Source of the DNA: Candidatus Poribacteria bacterium
Lineage (GTDB): Bacteria > Poribacteria > WGA-4E > PCPOR2b
Length of the DNA stretch: 64,000 nt
Reading direction: 5' to 3'
NCBI GenBank assembly: GCA_965198175.1
Contig: OZ240245.1
Coordinates: 2,912,001-2,976,000 of the forward strand
The notes below the pieces were generated by a model. That model had not been told where the DNA came from. It searched no databases and worked only from the letters and a program-made list of their open reading frames with translations. Shown here one piece after another: positions 29,982 to 40,347 of the stretch. Position 1 is the stretch's first letter, and every line of letters starts with the position of its first letter. The position numbers and the translations under genes are program-made.

Positions 29982-32102
29982 GTGACTCCCAGATATCGTC
30001 TCGGCGTGGATATCGGCGGCACTTTCACAGATGCCATCTTAATTAACGAACTTACCGGTGAAATCCGCGTCGGCAAAGTCCCTTCGACACCTTTAGACCC
30101 GTCCCAAGGATTCATGGAGGCGACCCACCGAATGCTGCGTGAGGCAGACCTAGCACCGGACGAGGTGCGCTTCGTCGTGCACGGTACCACCATAGCAACG
30201 AATACCATCATTGAGGGCAAGGTCGCCCGCGCAGGCTTTATTACAACAGACGGCTTCCGCGATCTGCTGGAGATTCAGCGTCAGATACGTCCAACGCTCT
30301 ACGACCTACAATTCGAAAAGCCTCAGCCACTTGTGCCCCGTCATCTCTGCTTTGGTGTCCCGGAGCGGCTCGACGCACGCGGAAATATACTCACCCCACT
30401 CGATGGGAGCGCAGTGAGGCGAGTGGCAGAGCAACTTCGACAGGAAGGCGTCGAAGCCATTGCGGTCTGTTTGCTTCACGCCTACGTCAACCCGATTCAT
30501 GAGAAACGGCTAGGGGAGATTCTTGGTGAAACCGTTCCCAACACTGTTGTCTCTTTATCGTCCGAAGTCGCCCCGGAATTCCGGGAGTATTTTAGAGCGA
30601 GTACCACAGTCATCAACGCCTGCATCCGCCCGGTCGTAGCGAAATATCTTCAGCGTATCGAGACCCAACTGCGGAGTGAAGGATTAAGGGCAGAGTTGCT
30701 CGTCATGCAGAGCAGCGGTGGGGTGTTCACCTTCTCAGCAGCGAGTAAAAAGCCTGTCTTCATGGTGGAATCAGGTCCTGCGGCGGGCGTCATCGCAGCA
30801 ACTTATCTAGGGGCTACGCTTGGATATGCGGACGTCATCTCCTTTGACATGGGGGGCACCACAGCAAAAGCTGGCCTGATTGAGAAAGGAGCGCCCCGAA
30901 TAACCAAGGACTATGAGGTTGGTGCAACAGCCCGAACAGGCGTGGGTGCCAACTCCGGCGGCGGGTATCCCATCCGCACCCCTGTTATCGATCTCGTTGA
31001 GATTGGCGCCGGCGGCGGCTCAATCGCCTGGGTGGACTCCGGTGGTGTGTTGCGCGTTGGCTCAGAGAGCGCAGGCGCCGATCCAGGCCCAGCCTGCTAT
31101 GGCAAGGGTGGGACGGCGCCCACCATTACGGATGCCAATTTGGTGTTAGGACGACTCAACCCGCACTATTTTTTGGGGGGAGAGATTGAACTCGACATTG
31201 AGGCGGCGAAGCAGGCGATAAAGGAAAGTTGTGCCACTCCGTTGCGAATGGATATTGTCGAAGCAGCTCACGGGATTGTGGAGATTGCCAACGCAGCCAT
31301 GGTGAACGCGCTACGCCTCGTTTCCGTGCAACGCGGCTACGACCCTAGGGAATTCGTTTTGATGGCATTTGGCGGGGCTGGACCGCTACACGCCAACCGC
31401 TTGGCGGAGGAGATTGAATCGCGCGCCACCGTCATCCCGATGAGTCCCGGCACCTCATCCGCCATGGGGCTATTGGTGACTGACCTCAAACACGATTACT
31501 CCACAACGCTCATCCAGCGTGTCGACCAATTGAATTTGGGCGAAGTGGAGAAAACCTACCAAGTGTTGACGGAACAAGGACGGAAGAGCTTGGAGCGGGA
31601 AGGTATGTCTCCGGAGGATATCACCTTCGTCCGACAAGTAGACATGCGATATGTGGGGCAAAGCTATGAACTGACAGTAGCGTTGCCAGAAGGTGCTAGT
31701 GAACACGTGGAATCTACCCTAAGCGCCCCCGAACTCCTTCGGGCTTTGGAAGCCTTCCATATGGAGCACGACCGCGCCTACGGCTACAATGCACTAGACG
31801 AACCTGTCGAGCTCGTGAATCTGCGACTTACTGCGATAGGTCAAATCAACAAGCCCCGGCAGCGTGAGTTGGAAGGCGGCGATAGGAACGCAGCAAAAGC
31901 CCAGAAGGCAACCCGACCTGTGTACTTTGCCGAGAAGAACTGCTACGTTGATTGTCCCATCTATAATCGCTACCGGTTAGACGGCGGATGCGTCTTAACG
32001 GGGCCTGCGATAGTAGAGGAAATTGATTCCACCACGGTCATCCACACCGGCTACCAAGCCGCGGTAGATAGGTTCGGCAACCTTATTCTGACTAAGCTCT
32101 GA
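29982..32102 (+). CDS. hydantoinase A / 5-oxoprolinase family protein
   Basis: GVDIGGTFTD, HGTT, SGPAAG, DMGGTT, GAGGGSIA; GTG 29982 after AAGGAG. Confidence 0.92.
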   Translation: MTPRYRLGVDIGGTFTDAILINELTGEIRVGKVPSTPLDPSQGFMEATHRMLREADLAPDEVRFVVHGTTIATNTIIEGKVARAGFITTDGFRDLLEIQRQIRPTLYDLQFEKPQPLVPRHLCFGVPERLDARGNILTPLDGSAVRRVAEQLRQEGVEAIAVCLLHAYVNPIHEKRLGEILGETVPNTVVSLSSEVAPEFREYFRASTTVINACIRPVVAKYLQRIETQLRSEGLRAELLVMQSSGGVFTFSAASKKPVFMVESGPAAGVIAATYLGATLGYADVISFDMGGTTAKAGLIEKGAPRITKDYEVGATARTGVGANSGGGYPIRTPVIDLVEIGAGGGSIAWVDSGGVLRVGSESAGADPGPACYGKGGTAPTITDANLVLGRLNPHYFLGGEIELDIEAAKQAIKESCATPLRMDIVEAAHGIVEIANAAMVNALRLVSVQRGYDPREFVLMAFGGAGPLHANRLAEEIESRATVIPMSPGTSSAMGLLVTDLKHDYSTTLIQRVDQLNLGEVEKTYQVLTEQGRKSLEREGMSPEDITFVRQVDMRYVGQSYELTVALPEGASEHVESTLSAPELLRALEAFHMEHDRAYGYNALDEPVELVNLRLTAIGQINKPRQRELEGGDRNAAKAQKATRPVYFAEKNCYVDCPIYNRYRLDGGCVLTGPAIVEEIDSTTVIHTGYQAAVDRFGNLILTKL

Positions 32103-32170
32103 TAGCGTTGGAGAATTGCTGAAACTCCGGGAGCAGAGTGTAGGTGATAAATGACTTCGTTAGCGGTCTA

Positions 32171-33367
32171 TCAACCATCAATTTTAGCGACACGATCCAA
32201 AATAATATCTGCGATTTCTCGCTTGGGTAGCAGGGAAAGCTGTTCATGCGTGCCGTCACGATCCAATAGAGTCACAACGTTTGTATCGCCTTCAAACCCT
32301 GCTCCTTTTGCCAAGATGTCATTCGCTACAATCAAATCCAAGTTTTTATCGATTAACTTCTGCCGGGCGTGATTCAAGAGATCGTCCGTTTCAGCGGCAA
32401 ACCCAACCATAATCTGATGGGCTTTCCGTCGTCCAAGCTCCTGTGCGATGTCAGGGTTTTTTTCGAGTTGAATTGTTAGCCGATCGGTTTTTTTCTTGAT
32501 TTTATGAGGAGAGACAGTTTGCGGATGGTAATCTGCAACCGCTGCAGTCATAACGACGATATCCATCTGATCGAAAACCTCAGAAATTGCTTCGCGCATC
32601 TCCATCGCGGTTTCAACATAATGGCAATTAATTCCGGTGGGTGGATGCATCGCTGTTGGGCCACTGATTAAGAAAACCTCCGCGCCACGGCGATGTGCTG
32701 CTTCAGCAATCGCATAACCCATTTTACCGCTGGATCGATTGCTGATGAAACGAACTGGATCGAGATATTCCCGAGTCGGCCCTGCCGTCACGACAATCTT
32801 TTTACGTGCCAAATCTTTGGTGACGCTCAATAGCTGTATGATGCGTTTAAGTATCACTTCGACTGTATTCATTCGTCCGATTCCCTCGCGCCCAGAGGCT
32901 AGATCGCCATTGACAGGTTCAATAAATTCAAAACCGTGCTCCCTCAACTTCTGAATGTTTGCCTGCACGAATGGGTTTTGGTACATGTGCTCTTCCATCG
33001 CAGGCGCAATCAGAACGGGACAGTAAACGGAAATTGCAACGGTTGAGAGGACATCGTCCGCAATGCCATTTGCCATTTTACCAATCGCATTTGCGGTCAC
33101 GGGCACTATCGCCAGCAGATCAGCCCCATCCGCGAGTTCGATGTGACCAGGTTGCCAATCAGATCGAGCGTTAAAGAGATCTAGCAACACGGGATTGCGA
33201 GAGATGACCTGGAATTGCAGCGGTTGCACCAAGCGGGTGGCATTTTGGGTCATGACAACATGAACAGATGCACCGCGCTTCACCAATTGACTCGCCAAAT
33301 CAATGGATTTATGGATAGCGATACTACCGGTGACACCTAAGATGATTCGTTGGTCTTTCAATTCCAT
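32171..33367 (-). CDS. coaBC: phosphopantothenoylcysteine decarboxylase/ligase
   Basis: GVTGSIA, HIELA, APAM, TAGPTREYLDPVRFISNRSSGKMG, GFAAET. Confidence 0.95.
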   Translation of the reverse strand: MELKDQRIILGVTGSIAIHKSIDLASQLVKRGASVHVVMTQNATRLVQPLQFQVISRNPVLLDLFNARSDWQPGHIELADGADLLAIVPVTANAIGKMANGIADDVLSTVAISVYCPVLIAPAMEEHMYQNPFVQANIQKLREHGFEFIEPVNGDLASGREGIGRMNTVEVILKRIIQLLSVTKDLARKKIVVTAGPTREYLDPVRFISNRSSGKMGYAIAEAAHRRGAEVFLISGPTAMHPPTGINCHYVETAMEMREAISEVFDQMDIVVMTAAVADYHPQTVSPHKIKKKTDRLTIQLEKNPDIAQELGRRKAHQIMVGFAAETDDLLNHARQKLIDKNLDLIVANDILAKGAGFEGDTNVVTLLDRDGTHEQLSLLPKREIADIILDRVAKIDG

Positions 33368-33601
33368 TTGGTCACCGCCTCAAGAATCTCTGTTTCATTG
33401 CCTTGTTGATTATATTACAGCGTTTCGTGCTTTGTGTCTACCTTTTTGCGTAAGTCCATTTATTATGACCGTTGACATTTTATCATCCATTTTGCGAAAT
33501 ATGCGATATTACAGAGATAATGACCGTGTTTATCGGCACCTAATTCACAAAAATCGCCAAAGATTAATCGTCTTTTAACGCCTACATCCCTGACAATACA
33601 C

Positions 33602-34840
33602 ATGAAAATTCCGAAAATGCAACCGATTTTCCCTCAACGAATCCTCTTTGCTGCTCTCGCAATTGCCGCCGCTGCCAGCTTCCTGCTATGTGGATACGAA
33701 TTCATCCGAGCCGTCTCAGACTCACTGTTTATTGGTGCGTACGGGGCTGACAAACTCCCTTGGGTGATGGCTTCTGTATTTCCCGGTGTTTATCTCATGA
33801 TTCTCCTTTACGGTCGCCTCCTCTCCTGGATAGGTGCGAGTCGAGCGCTGCTCGCGACATCATTGCTCTCAGCGGCGATGATCGTATCCGCCTACGGTCT
33901 GATTTTGAAGGGTTATATCATCGCCACTGCAATCATTTATGTCTTCCGAGAGGCGTACATCGTCCTCATCATTGAGCAATACTGGGCTTTTGTCAATAGT
34001 ACACTCAGTCCCGATCAGGCACGCCGCATTAATGGTCCCTTCTGCGGTCTAGCATCGTTAGGATCGATTGCAGGGGGTTTCCTTGTGGGACAGTTGGCGG
34101 GTCGGATGGGTTCGGAAAATCTTTTACTTTTTACTGCGGGGTCTTTGCTGCCAGCCGCGGCGTGTTCAGCTGTAGCTTACGCATTGGCTGGGGCGCCACA
34201 ACCCTCAGAAGCTGAGCAAGGTGGTAAACTTGGACATACCGGACTGCGGGTGTTCCTTCAATCTCGATATCTGGTGTTCATCGGTCTGTTGGTCATAACT
34301 ACACAGATTGTTTCAACTGTGTTGGATCTGCGATTTAAGGGATTGATTGAAATTGCAATACCGGTAAAAGATGAGAGAACAGCGTTCATCGGCAATTTTT
34401 ACGCAACGATAGCTGTAGTCGCCGCCGTTCTCCAATTCATCGCTACGCCATTATTGCTGCGGTTCGTCCCCATTCGCATTGCACATCTAGCCATTCCACT
34501 AATTCATCTCATCACCTGTGGTATCCTTACCGCCTCACCGTCGCTGTTGAGCAGCGCCGCAGCATTCTTGGTTTTCAAAGCGCTTGATTACTCGATATTC
34601 CGCGCTGCTAAAGAAATCTTCTACATCCCCTTACCGTTCGATGCTCGCTATAGGGCAAAACAGATTATCGATTCCTTTGGCTATCGATCTGCAAAAAGCG
34701 GGAGTGCATTCGTAATTGCCCTAATGCGTCTCCCTGCTACAGCGTTTCCTGTGACTGCCATGATCGCGGCGACCATCTGGTCAGGTATTGTATCAAACTT
34801 AACAACGCAGTATCAGAAGGTGGAGAAAACGCAAGATTGA
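33602..34840 (+). CDS. Npt1/Npt2 (TLC ADP/ATP carrier-like) nucleotide transporter
   Basis: Multiple TM helices; YEFIRAVSDSLF, KALDYSIFRAAKEIFYIPL...RYRAKQIID. Confidence 0.75.
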   Translation: MKIPKMQPIFPQRILFAALAIAAAASFLLCGYEFIRAVSDSLFIGAYGADKLPWVMASVFPGVYLMILLYGRLLSWIGASRALLATSLLSAAMIVSAYGLILKGYIIATAIIYVFREAYIVLIIEQYWAFVNSTLSPDQARRINGPFCGLASLGSIAGGFLVGQLAGRMGSENLLLFTAGSLLPAAACSAVAYALAGAPQPSEAEQGGKLGHTGLRVFLQSRYLVFIGLLVITTQIVSTVLDLRFKGLIEIAIPVKDERTAFIGNFYATIAVVAAVLQFIATPLLLRFVPIRIAHLAIPLIHLITCGILTASPSLLSSAAAFLVFKALDYSIFRAAKEIFYIPLPFDARYRAKQIIDSFGYRSAKSGSAFVIALMRLPATAFPVTAMIAATIWSGIVSNLTTQYQKVEKTQD

Positions 34841-34962
34841 GTATCAGGACATTGGGAATTCAACTAAGTGGGTTCAGGAGTTAGTGGAGTAAACATTCAA
34901 AAGGAAAAGTACAAATATCGCTGTGCGGCGGAACTGAAATTTTCGTGGTGTTTTCCTCGCTC

Positions 34963-36258
34963 TCATTGGATCGCCGAAGTTGCTCTTAAAACTTTTTGCT
35001 GAAATCGATCATAAGCGAGCGCAGCGCCGGCAATATTTCCACTCGCAGGACCAAGTTGAAGCTGTGCAATAACTCCTGATCCAAAAAGATTCTCAACGGG
35101 CAACAGTTGCAGGTTTTCGTCGAGTAGTGGCAAACCGCGTACGGTTGCCACTTGGTATTGTTCAATCAGATTTGATAGAAAGGCGTATTTGCGAAGATTA
35201 AATCGGTATCCCGTTGCGAGGACAATCAAGTCAACCGCGTCAATCACCCGCTGTGTCGTGTTCAACTGTAATTGATTCAGCCGATTCATTTTTTTGATGT
35301 GAAGCACTTTGGCACCGATGCAGCGTTGGAAATTTTTGGTCGTTATGGCATATCTCTCCAGGGCTTCGGCAATATCCGGTGTAACACTCCCCTTTCCTCT
35401 GGCTTGTTGGATGACTTCGTACCGTTTCTCCCAATCGGGTTCATTGTTGAACGCCTTAATCGCCTTAGGTCCCAACCATGAGGGCTGAAAGTCAAATTGT
35501 TGGATTCTCAACGGGTTTCGTGCGATTGACACCACCTGTGTGCCCTGTTCAACGAGGCATTTTGCAAGGGTGCCAGCCGTCAATCCACCGCCGATTATGA
35601 CGACTTTCTGCATTTCCTTCGGAAACGTTGCATGTTCATGACGTTGTCCGAAAGCCTGTAGGTCGAAATCCCGTGAATGCACTATTCGTTCCGGAAACCG
35701 GTCTCGCCAGTGCACGAATTCCGGTGGCATGTATGAACAATCATCAGAACCCATAGCCAGGATAACGCAACGTGCACGAAACCCTTCATTGTGCTGAGAG
35801 ATAATTCTGAACGGAAACCTACTGCCCCCTTTATCCCATCGCAAATTGGCGACATCAAAATGGTAATAGAACGAACGAATCTGTTGTTGATTGATTTCGT
35901 GGCGGCAAAAATCAAGAAAAAGATCGGTTGAGGGTTGTGAATACGGCGGTGCAAGTTCATCAGTGCGGTCGTGATTTCTAGCGTACTCTACGATTCCCAG
36001 CGCATCCATTCCGACATGATGCACAGCAGGAGATCTCAAAAACGTCATGCCCTGTCTTTGCGTTTTTCTCAGCCATGCGGTCAACGGTTGCGGATCGCGA
36101 TCGAGAATGACGAGATGTTTCAACGCTGCGGCCCCTGAAATCTGGCGTTTCTCCAAATCTCGAATTAGCCGCATGGCGATTGACATTCCGTGAATGCCAC
36201 CTCCAATGATTACAACGGGGATATTTTGATGACTGAGGCTCAACATGGATTCAATCAC
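34963..36258 (-). CDS. FAD/NAD(P)-dependent oxidoreductase (lysine N6-hydroxylase-like fold)
   Basis: IIGGGIHG, LRSPAVHH, IIGGGLTAG, VLATGY, GPASGNIAGA. Confidence 0.8.
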   Translation of the reverse strand: MIESMLSLSHQNIPVVIIGGGIHGMSIAMRLIRDLEKRQISGAAALKHLVILDRDPQPLTAWLRKTQRQGMTFLRSPAVHHVGMDALGIVEYARNHDRTDELAPPYSQPSTDLFLDFCRHEINQQQIRSFYYHFDVANLRWDKGGSRFPFRIISQHNEGFRARCVILAMGSDDCSYMPPEFVHWRDRFPERIVHSRDFDLQAFGQRHEHATFPKEMQKVVIIGGGLTAGTLAKCLVEQGTQVVSIARNPLRIQQFDFQPSWLGPKAIKAFNNEPDWEKRYEVIQQARGKGSVTPDIAEALERYAITTKNFQRCIGAKVLHIKKMNRLNQLQLNTTQRVIDAVDLIVLATGYRFNLRKYAFLSNLIEQYQVATVRGLPLLDENLQLLPVENLFGSGVIAQLQLGPASGNIAGAALAYDRFQQKVLRATSAIQ

Positions 36259-36497
36259 AAACCCCGCAAATTACGTGCGTATTACATCATGAATTCCTGA
36301 TTGCTTGTGTGTCGCGCAGATGCCTCATCTTTTTCAGTGATTAATTCTCAAACAGCCACAGTTTTACGCAGCGGCAGGCTATGGACGCTGATTTGGTGAA
36401 GGATTTCAATATTACTCTTATAATTCGCACTGACTTGGTACATCGGAATCATCGTGATTGGGATTTTTCTACCATCCCTACTTTTCTCCACCTTCGA

Positions 36498-39008
36498 TCA
36501 ATCGCTTAAGGATTCAGAATAGTTACACGTTTTGTTATAGCAAACAAGTTGGCGTCCCTCTGATTTTGTCACTTTTTCAAGAAGGAACGGCGACTGACAC
36601 TGTGGGCAGGGCTGAGAAGCAGGTTTGTCCCAGAGCACAAATTTACAATCCGGATAGTTGCTGCAGCCGTAAAAGATTTTCCCACGTTTGCTGCGACGTT
36701 CCCCGATGTATCCATCGCATCCTTTCTCTGGACAATCAACACCGATGCTAATCGGCTTTGCATTCTTGCACTCCGGGTAGCCCGTACATGCGAGGAACTT
36801 GCCTCCAGCGCGATTAGTTTTGATCGCCATCGGACGACCGCACTTGTCGCAGATCTCATCCGTCGATTCCTCCTCGACCGGATTGGCTCCGCTTTCCGCA
36901 TTGTTACACGTTTCGTCATAGCAGACAAGATGGTGCCCACCTGCTTTGGTCGTTTTTTCAAGGAGAAATGGAGACTGACACCGTGGGCAGGGCTGACAAA
37001 CAGGTTTATCCCAGAGTACAAACGTACAATCTGGATAGTTGCTGCAGCCGTAGAAAACATTCCCACGTTTGCTGCTACGTTCCCCGAGATATCCATCACA
37101 GCCCTCCTCTGGACAATCAACACCGATACTGATCGGCTTTGCATTCTTGCACTCCGGGTAGCCCGTACATGCGAGAAACTTGCTTCCAGTGCGATTGGGT
37201 TTGATTGCCATTGGACGTCCACACTTATCACAAATCTGATCGGTTTTTTGCTCCATCCCTTTCATTGCGTTGCGCATAACATCGGGTGCTGCGCTCAAAG
37301 CGCTACTGAAGGGCTGATAAAATGTATCCAGTGTCGCCACCCAATCCATTTTGCCGTCCTCAATCTCGTCAAGCTGTTGCTCCATTTTCGCCGTAAATTG
37401 CGCATCAACAATTTCGGGAAACCCCTTAACGAGGAGCTGATTGACCAGTTTTCCAATATCTTGTGGAACAAACCGTCCTTTTTCCTTGACGACGTACTCT
37501 CTATCCTGAATTTTTGAGATTATTTCGGCGTATGTGCTCGGACGACCAATTTCTTTTTCTTCTAACTCTTTGACAAGGGTTGCCTCAGTATATCGAGGTG
37601 GCGGCTGAGTGTAATGCTGTTTAGGAAGGGATTTGAGAAGCTCAAGGATTTCACCAACCTTCAGTTCCGGCAATATCCTCTCCTCTTCATTGTCCTCATC
37701 CTTGCCTCGGTCGCCTTCGTCACGACTTTCCATATAGACAACCATGAATCCCTTGAACTTGATAATGGAGCCGGTTGCACGGAAGAGATATTCACCTGCG
37801 GATACATCAATCGTTGTAACATCCAGAAGAGCGGGGGGCATCTGGCTGGCAACAAATCGCTTCCAGATGAGATCATAGAGTCGATATTGCTCAACGGACA
37901 AATGCGGTTTCAACGACTCAGGCGTTCGCTCAACAGATGTTGGTCGGATTGCTTCATGAGCATCCTGCGCACCTTTCCTGCCTTTGTAATGGACTGGGCG
38001 CGTCGGAAGGTACTCGCCTCCATAAGTTTTTTCGATATACGATCGCGCTTCGTTAATGGCTTCATTCGAAACACGTGTGGAATCGGTACGCATGTACGTA
38101 ATCAGTCCGACAGAGCCGTCTGCACCAACCTCAAGCCCCTCATAGAGTTGTTGGGCAATCGTCATTGTACGTTTCGCGGTAAATCTGCACTTGCGCGCGG
38201 CTTCCTGTTGTAAAGCACTTGTGATGAACGGAGGAACAGGATTCCGCTTCCGTTCACGCCTTTGAACGGTTTTGACAACAAACTGTTTCGTTCTCGCATC
38301 TTCAACGATTTCATTCGCACGTGCCTCATCAATTGGGAATCCATAAGTGCTAATTGACCCCTTCTCATCTCCAACCTGAATCAACTTGGCGTCAAACGGT
38401 TCCGTCTGTTCGCCTTTCACCGTTGCCGTTATCGTCCAATATTCCTGGGGTACAAAAGCGTCAATTTCAGCTTCCCGTTCACAGATAAGTCTTACAGCAA
38501 CAGACTGAACTCGCCCGGCACTCAGACCGGGTTTCAGAGTCCGCCATAGGAGAGGGCTAATTTGATAGCCGACCAATCGATCGAGTATTCGCCGCGCTTG
38601 CTGTGCATCGACAAGGTCTTGGTTGACCTGTCCGGGGTTATTGATAGCAGCCTGGATCGCACTCTTAGTAACCTCGTTGTAGGTGATACGGTAAATCGGC
38701 TTCTTCGCTTTCCCCAACTCATGGGCGAGATGCCAACATATCGCCTCGCCCTCTCGATCCAGGTCAGCGGCAAGATAAATGGAGTCAACATCCTTTGCGG
38801 CGGATTGAAGCTCCTTGATAGTTTTTCCCTTGCCACGAATCAGGGTATACTTCGGTGTAAATCCGTTGTCGACATCAACGCCAAGTTCTTTCGTAGGCAG
38901 ATCACGGACATGCCCCATAGAGGCTTTAACGATATAATTTCGACCCAGAAATTTGTTTATTGTCTTCGCCTTCGCGGGTGATTCAACAACAACTAATGAT
39001 TTCGGCAT
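36498..39008 (-). CDS. topA: DNA topoisomerase I with six C-terminal zinc ribbons
   Basis: LVVVESPAKAKTI, DLDREGEAI, SAGRVQS, ITYMRTDS, GRPSTY. Confidence 0.96.
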   Translation of the reverse strand: MPKSLVVVESPAKAKTINKFLGRNYIVKASMGHVRDLPTKELGVDVDNGFTPKYTLIRGKGKTIKELQSAAKDVDSIYLAADLDREGEAICWHLAHELGKAKKPIYRITYNEVTKSAIQAAINNPGQVNQDLVDAQQARRILDRLVGYQISPLLWRTLKPGLSAGRVQSVAVRLICEREAEIDAFVPQEYWTITATVKGEQTEPFDAKLIQVGDEKGSISTYGFPIDEARANEIVEDARTKQFVVKTVQRRERKRNPVPPFITSALQQEAARKCRFTAKRTMTIAQQLYEGLEVGADGSVGLITYMRTDSTRVSNEAINEARSYIEKTYGGEYLPTRPVHYKGRKGAQDAHEAIRPTSVERTPESLKPHLSVEQYRLYDLIWKRFVASQMPPALLDVTTIDVSAGEYLFRATGSIIKFKGFMVVYMESRDEGDRGKDEDNEEERILPELKVGEILELLKSLPKQHYTQPPPRYTEATLVKELEEKEIGRPSTYAEIISKIQDREYVVKEKGRFVPQDIGKLVNQLLVKGFPEIVDAQFTAKMEQQLDEIEDGKMDWVATLDTFYQPFSSALSAAPDVMRNAMKGMEQKTDQICDKCGRPMAIKPNRTGSKFLACTGYPECKNAKPISIGVDCPEEGCDGYLGERSSKRGNVFYGCSNYPDCTFVLWDKPVCQPCPRCQSPFLLEKTTKAGGHHLVCYDETCNNAESGANPVEEESTDEICDKCGRPMAIKTNRAGGKFLACTGYPECKNAKPISIGVDCPEKGCDGYIGERRSKRGKIFYGCSNYPDCKFVLWDKPASQPCPQCQSPFLLEKVTKSEGRQLVCYNKTCNYSESLSD

Positions 39009-39101
39009 TATCAGATCTCCGTATCCGTATAATTGCAGCCATAACACTATCTACACGATTCAACACTCTCCCTTGGAAATACAAAGCCGCAGGGAAACAG
39101 G

Positions 39102-39899
39102 TTACGAGGCGCCAGACGAATGAAGTCCATCTGCATGAAAATTAAGGAGGTCAGTGAGAAGCGATCGCATTTCGCTGCGATGAACAATAATGTCAATTAG
39201 TCCGTGGTCAAGTAAGAACTCGGCTTTTTGGAAATTATCGGGAAGTTGCTCGCGGATACTCGCGACGGCTAAGGGACCAGCAAAACCAATCCGCGCCCCC
39301 GGCTCAGCAACGATGATGTGCCCAAGTGACGCAAAACTAGCGGTTGTGCCGCCAAACGTTGGGTCTGTCATCACCGATATGTAAAAGAGTTCCGCCTTGG
39401 AGTGCTCGACACAGGCAGCAGCCGTCTTCGCCATTTGCATCAGTGCCAACGTGCCTTCTTGCATCCGCATCCCGCCACTCACAGAAATAGTAATCAATGG
39501 AAGCTTCTCCTCAGTCGCTCGCTCAATGCAGCGTGTTAACTTTTCACCTGCAACTGATCCGACTGTGCCGCCTCTAATTCCGACATCCGCAATTCCAATT
39601 GCCATCGGGTATCCGCCAATCTTTGCGATGCCCGCGAGCATTTCGGATTTTAAACCAGTTTTAGCAAAGTCCTGTTCTAGTTTTGCCTCATAGTCCGGGA
39701 AGTTCAACGGGTTCAGCGAATACAATCCGTTATCGTATCCTTCAAAGGTACCATCATCTACCAGGAGCTTGAGCCGTTCATCAGCGCTCATGTAATGATG
39801 GTAGTCACATTCTAGACATACTTTATGAGCGTCCAAGAATACTGACTCCTGAATGTCGGCGTTACAATTTCGACAGGAAATTGATTTTGAAACTACCAT
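39102..39899 (-). CDS. accD: acetyl-CoA carboxylase carboxyltransferase beta subunit
   Basis: C4 zinc finger, SGGMRMQEG, DPTFGGTTASFA, FQKAEFLLDHGLIDIIV. Confidence 0.93.
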   Translation of the reverse strand: MVVSKSISCRNCNADIQESVFLDAHKVCLECDYHHYMSADERLKLLVDDGTFEGYDNGLYSLNPLNFPDYEAKLEQDFAKTGLKSEMLAGIAKIGGYPMAIGIADVGIRGGTVGSVAGEKLTRCIERATEEKLPLITISVSGGMRMQEGTLALMQMAKTAAACVEHSKAELFYISVMTDPTFGGTTASFASLGHIIVAEPGARIGFAGPLAVASIREQLPDNFQKAEFLLDHGLIDIIVHRSEMRSLLTDLLNFHADGLHSSGAS

Positions 39900-39945
39900 G
39901 CTTCCGCTCCTAGTACCCTCTCAGTTTGAGATGAGGCGATTTCCA

Positions 39946-40066
39946 AATCTCCCTTAAATCTCCGATGAAATAGAAGTTGACTGCCTTTCCTATTTGATTG
40001 TGCACCTGCTAGTGTGTTCATGCAGACGGGTGCGCAAGTGGGAAGCGATGGAGGTTAGAGAAGATT
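39946..40066 (+). ncRNA. candidate structured RNA (approximately 120-nt rod with asymmetric internal loop)
   Basis: Nested complementary segments with G-U pairs only on the + strand. Confidence 0.35.
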
Positions 40067-40175
40067 GCTGAAGATTATTTGGCTGGGTAGCTCATCCTAA
40101 TTGATTTCATCTGCAGCTAGAATTCGTCTGTTCCCCATATCGGGCAAAAATGTATGTTGCCCTCTCAAAAAGCGT

Positions 40176-40204
40176 ATGATACATTTGACAATGGGGATTG
40201 TCAA
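40176..40204 (-). promoter_or_regulatory. sigma70-type promoter for accD-topA
   Basis: Minus strand TTGACA-17 nt-TATCAT; overlaps the palindrome TTGACAAT-GGGG-ATTGTCAA. Confidence 0.65.
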
Positions 40205-40347
40205 GCAAAAATGGTCAGTGGCAATGTTCTAATAGATTGGGATTTCCGCTGTGCTCAATTTTTAATTTGTTCCGACACGTCGGAGAACTCTCCCCCTAAC
40301 TATCTCTAGGCGGATTTCTGTAATGACCCATTGCAAAAAACGTAGGA

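Noticed and set aside
36259..36497. Fur/Zur box upstream of the FAD-dependent oxidoreductase
   Set aside because: An AT-rich stretch is present but has no convincing palindrome
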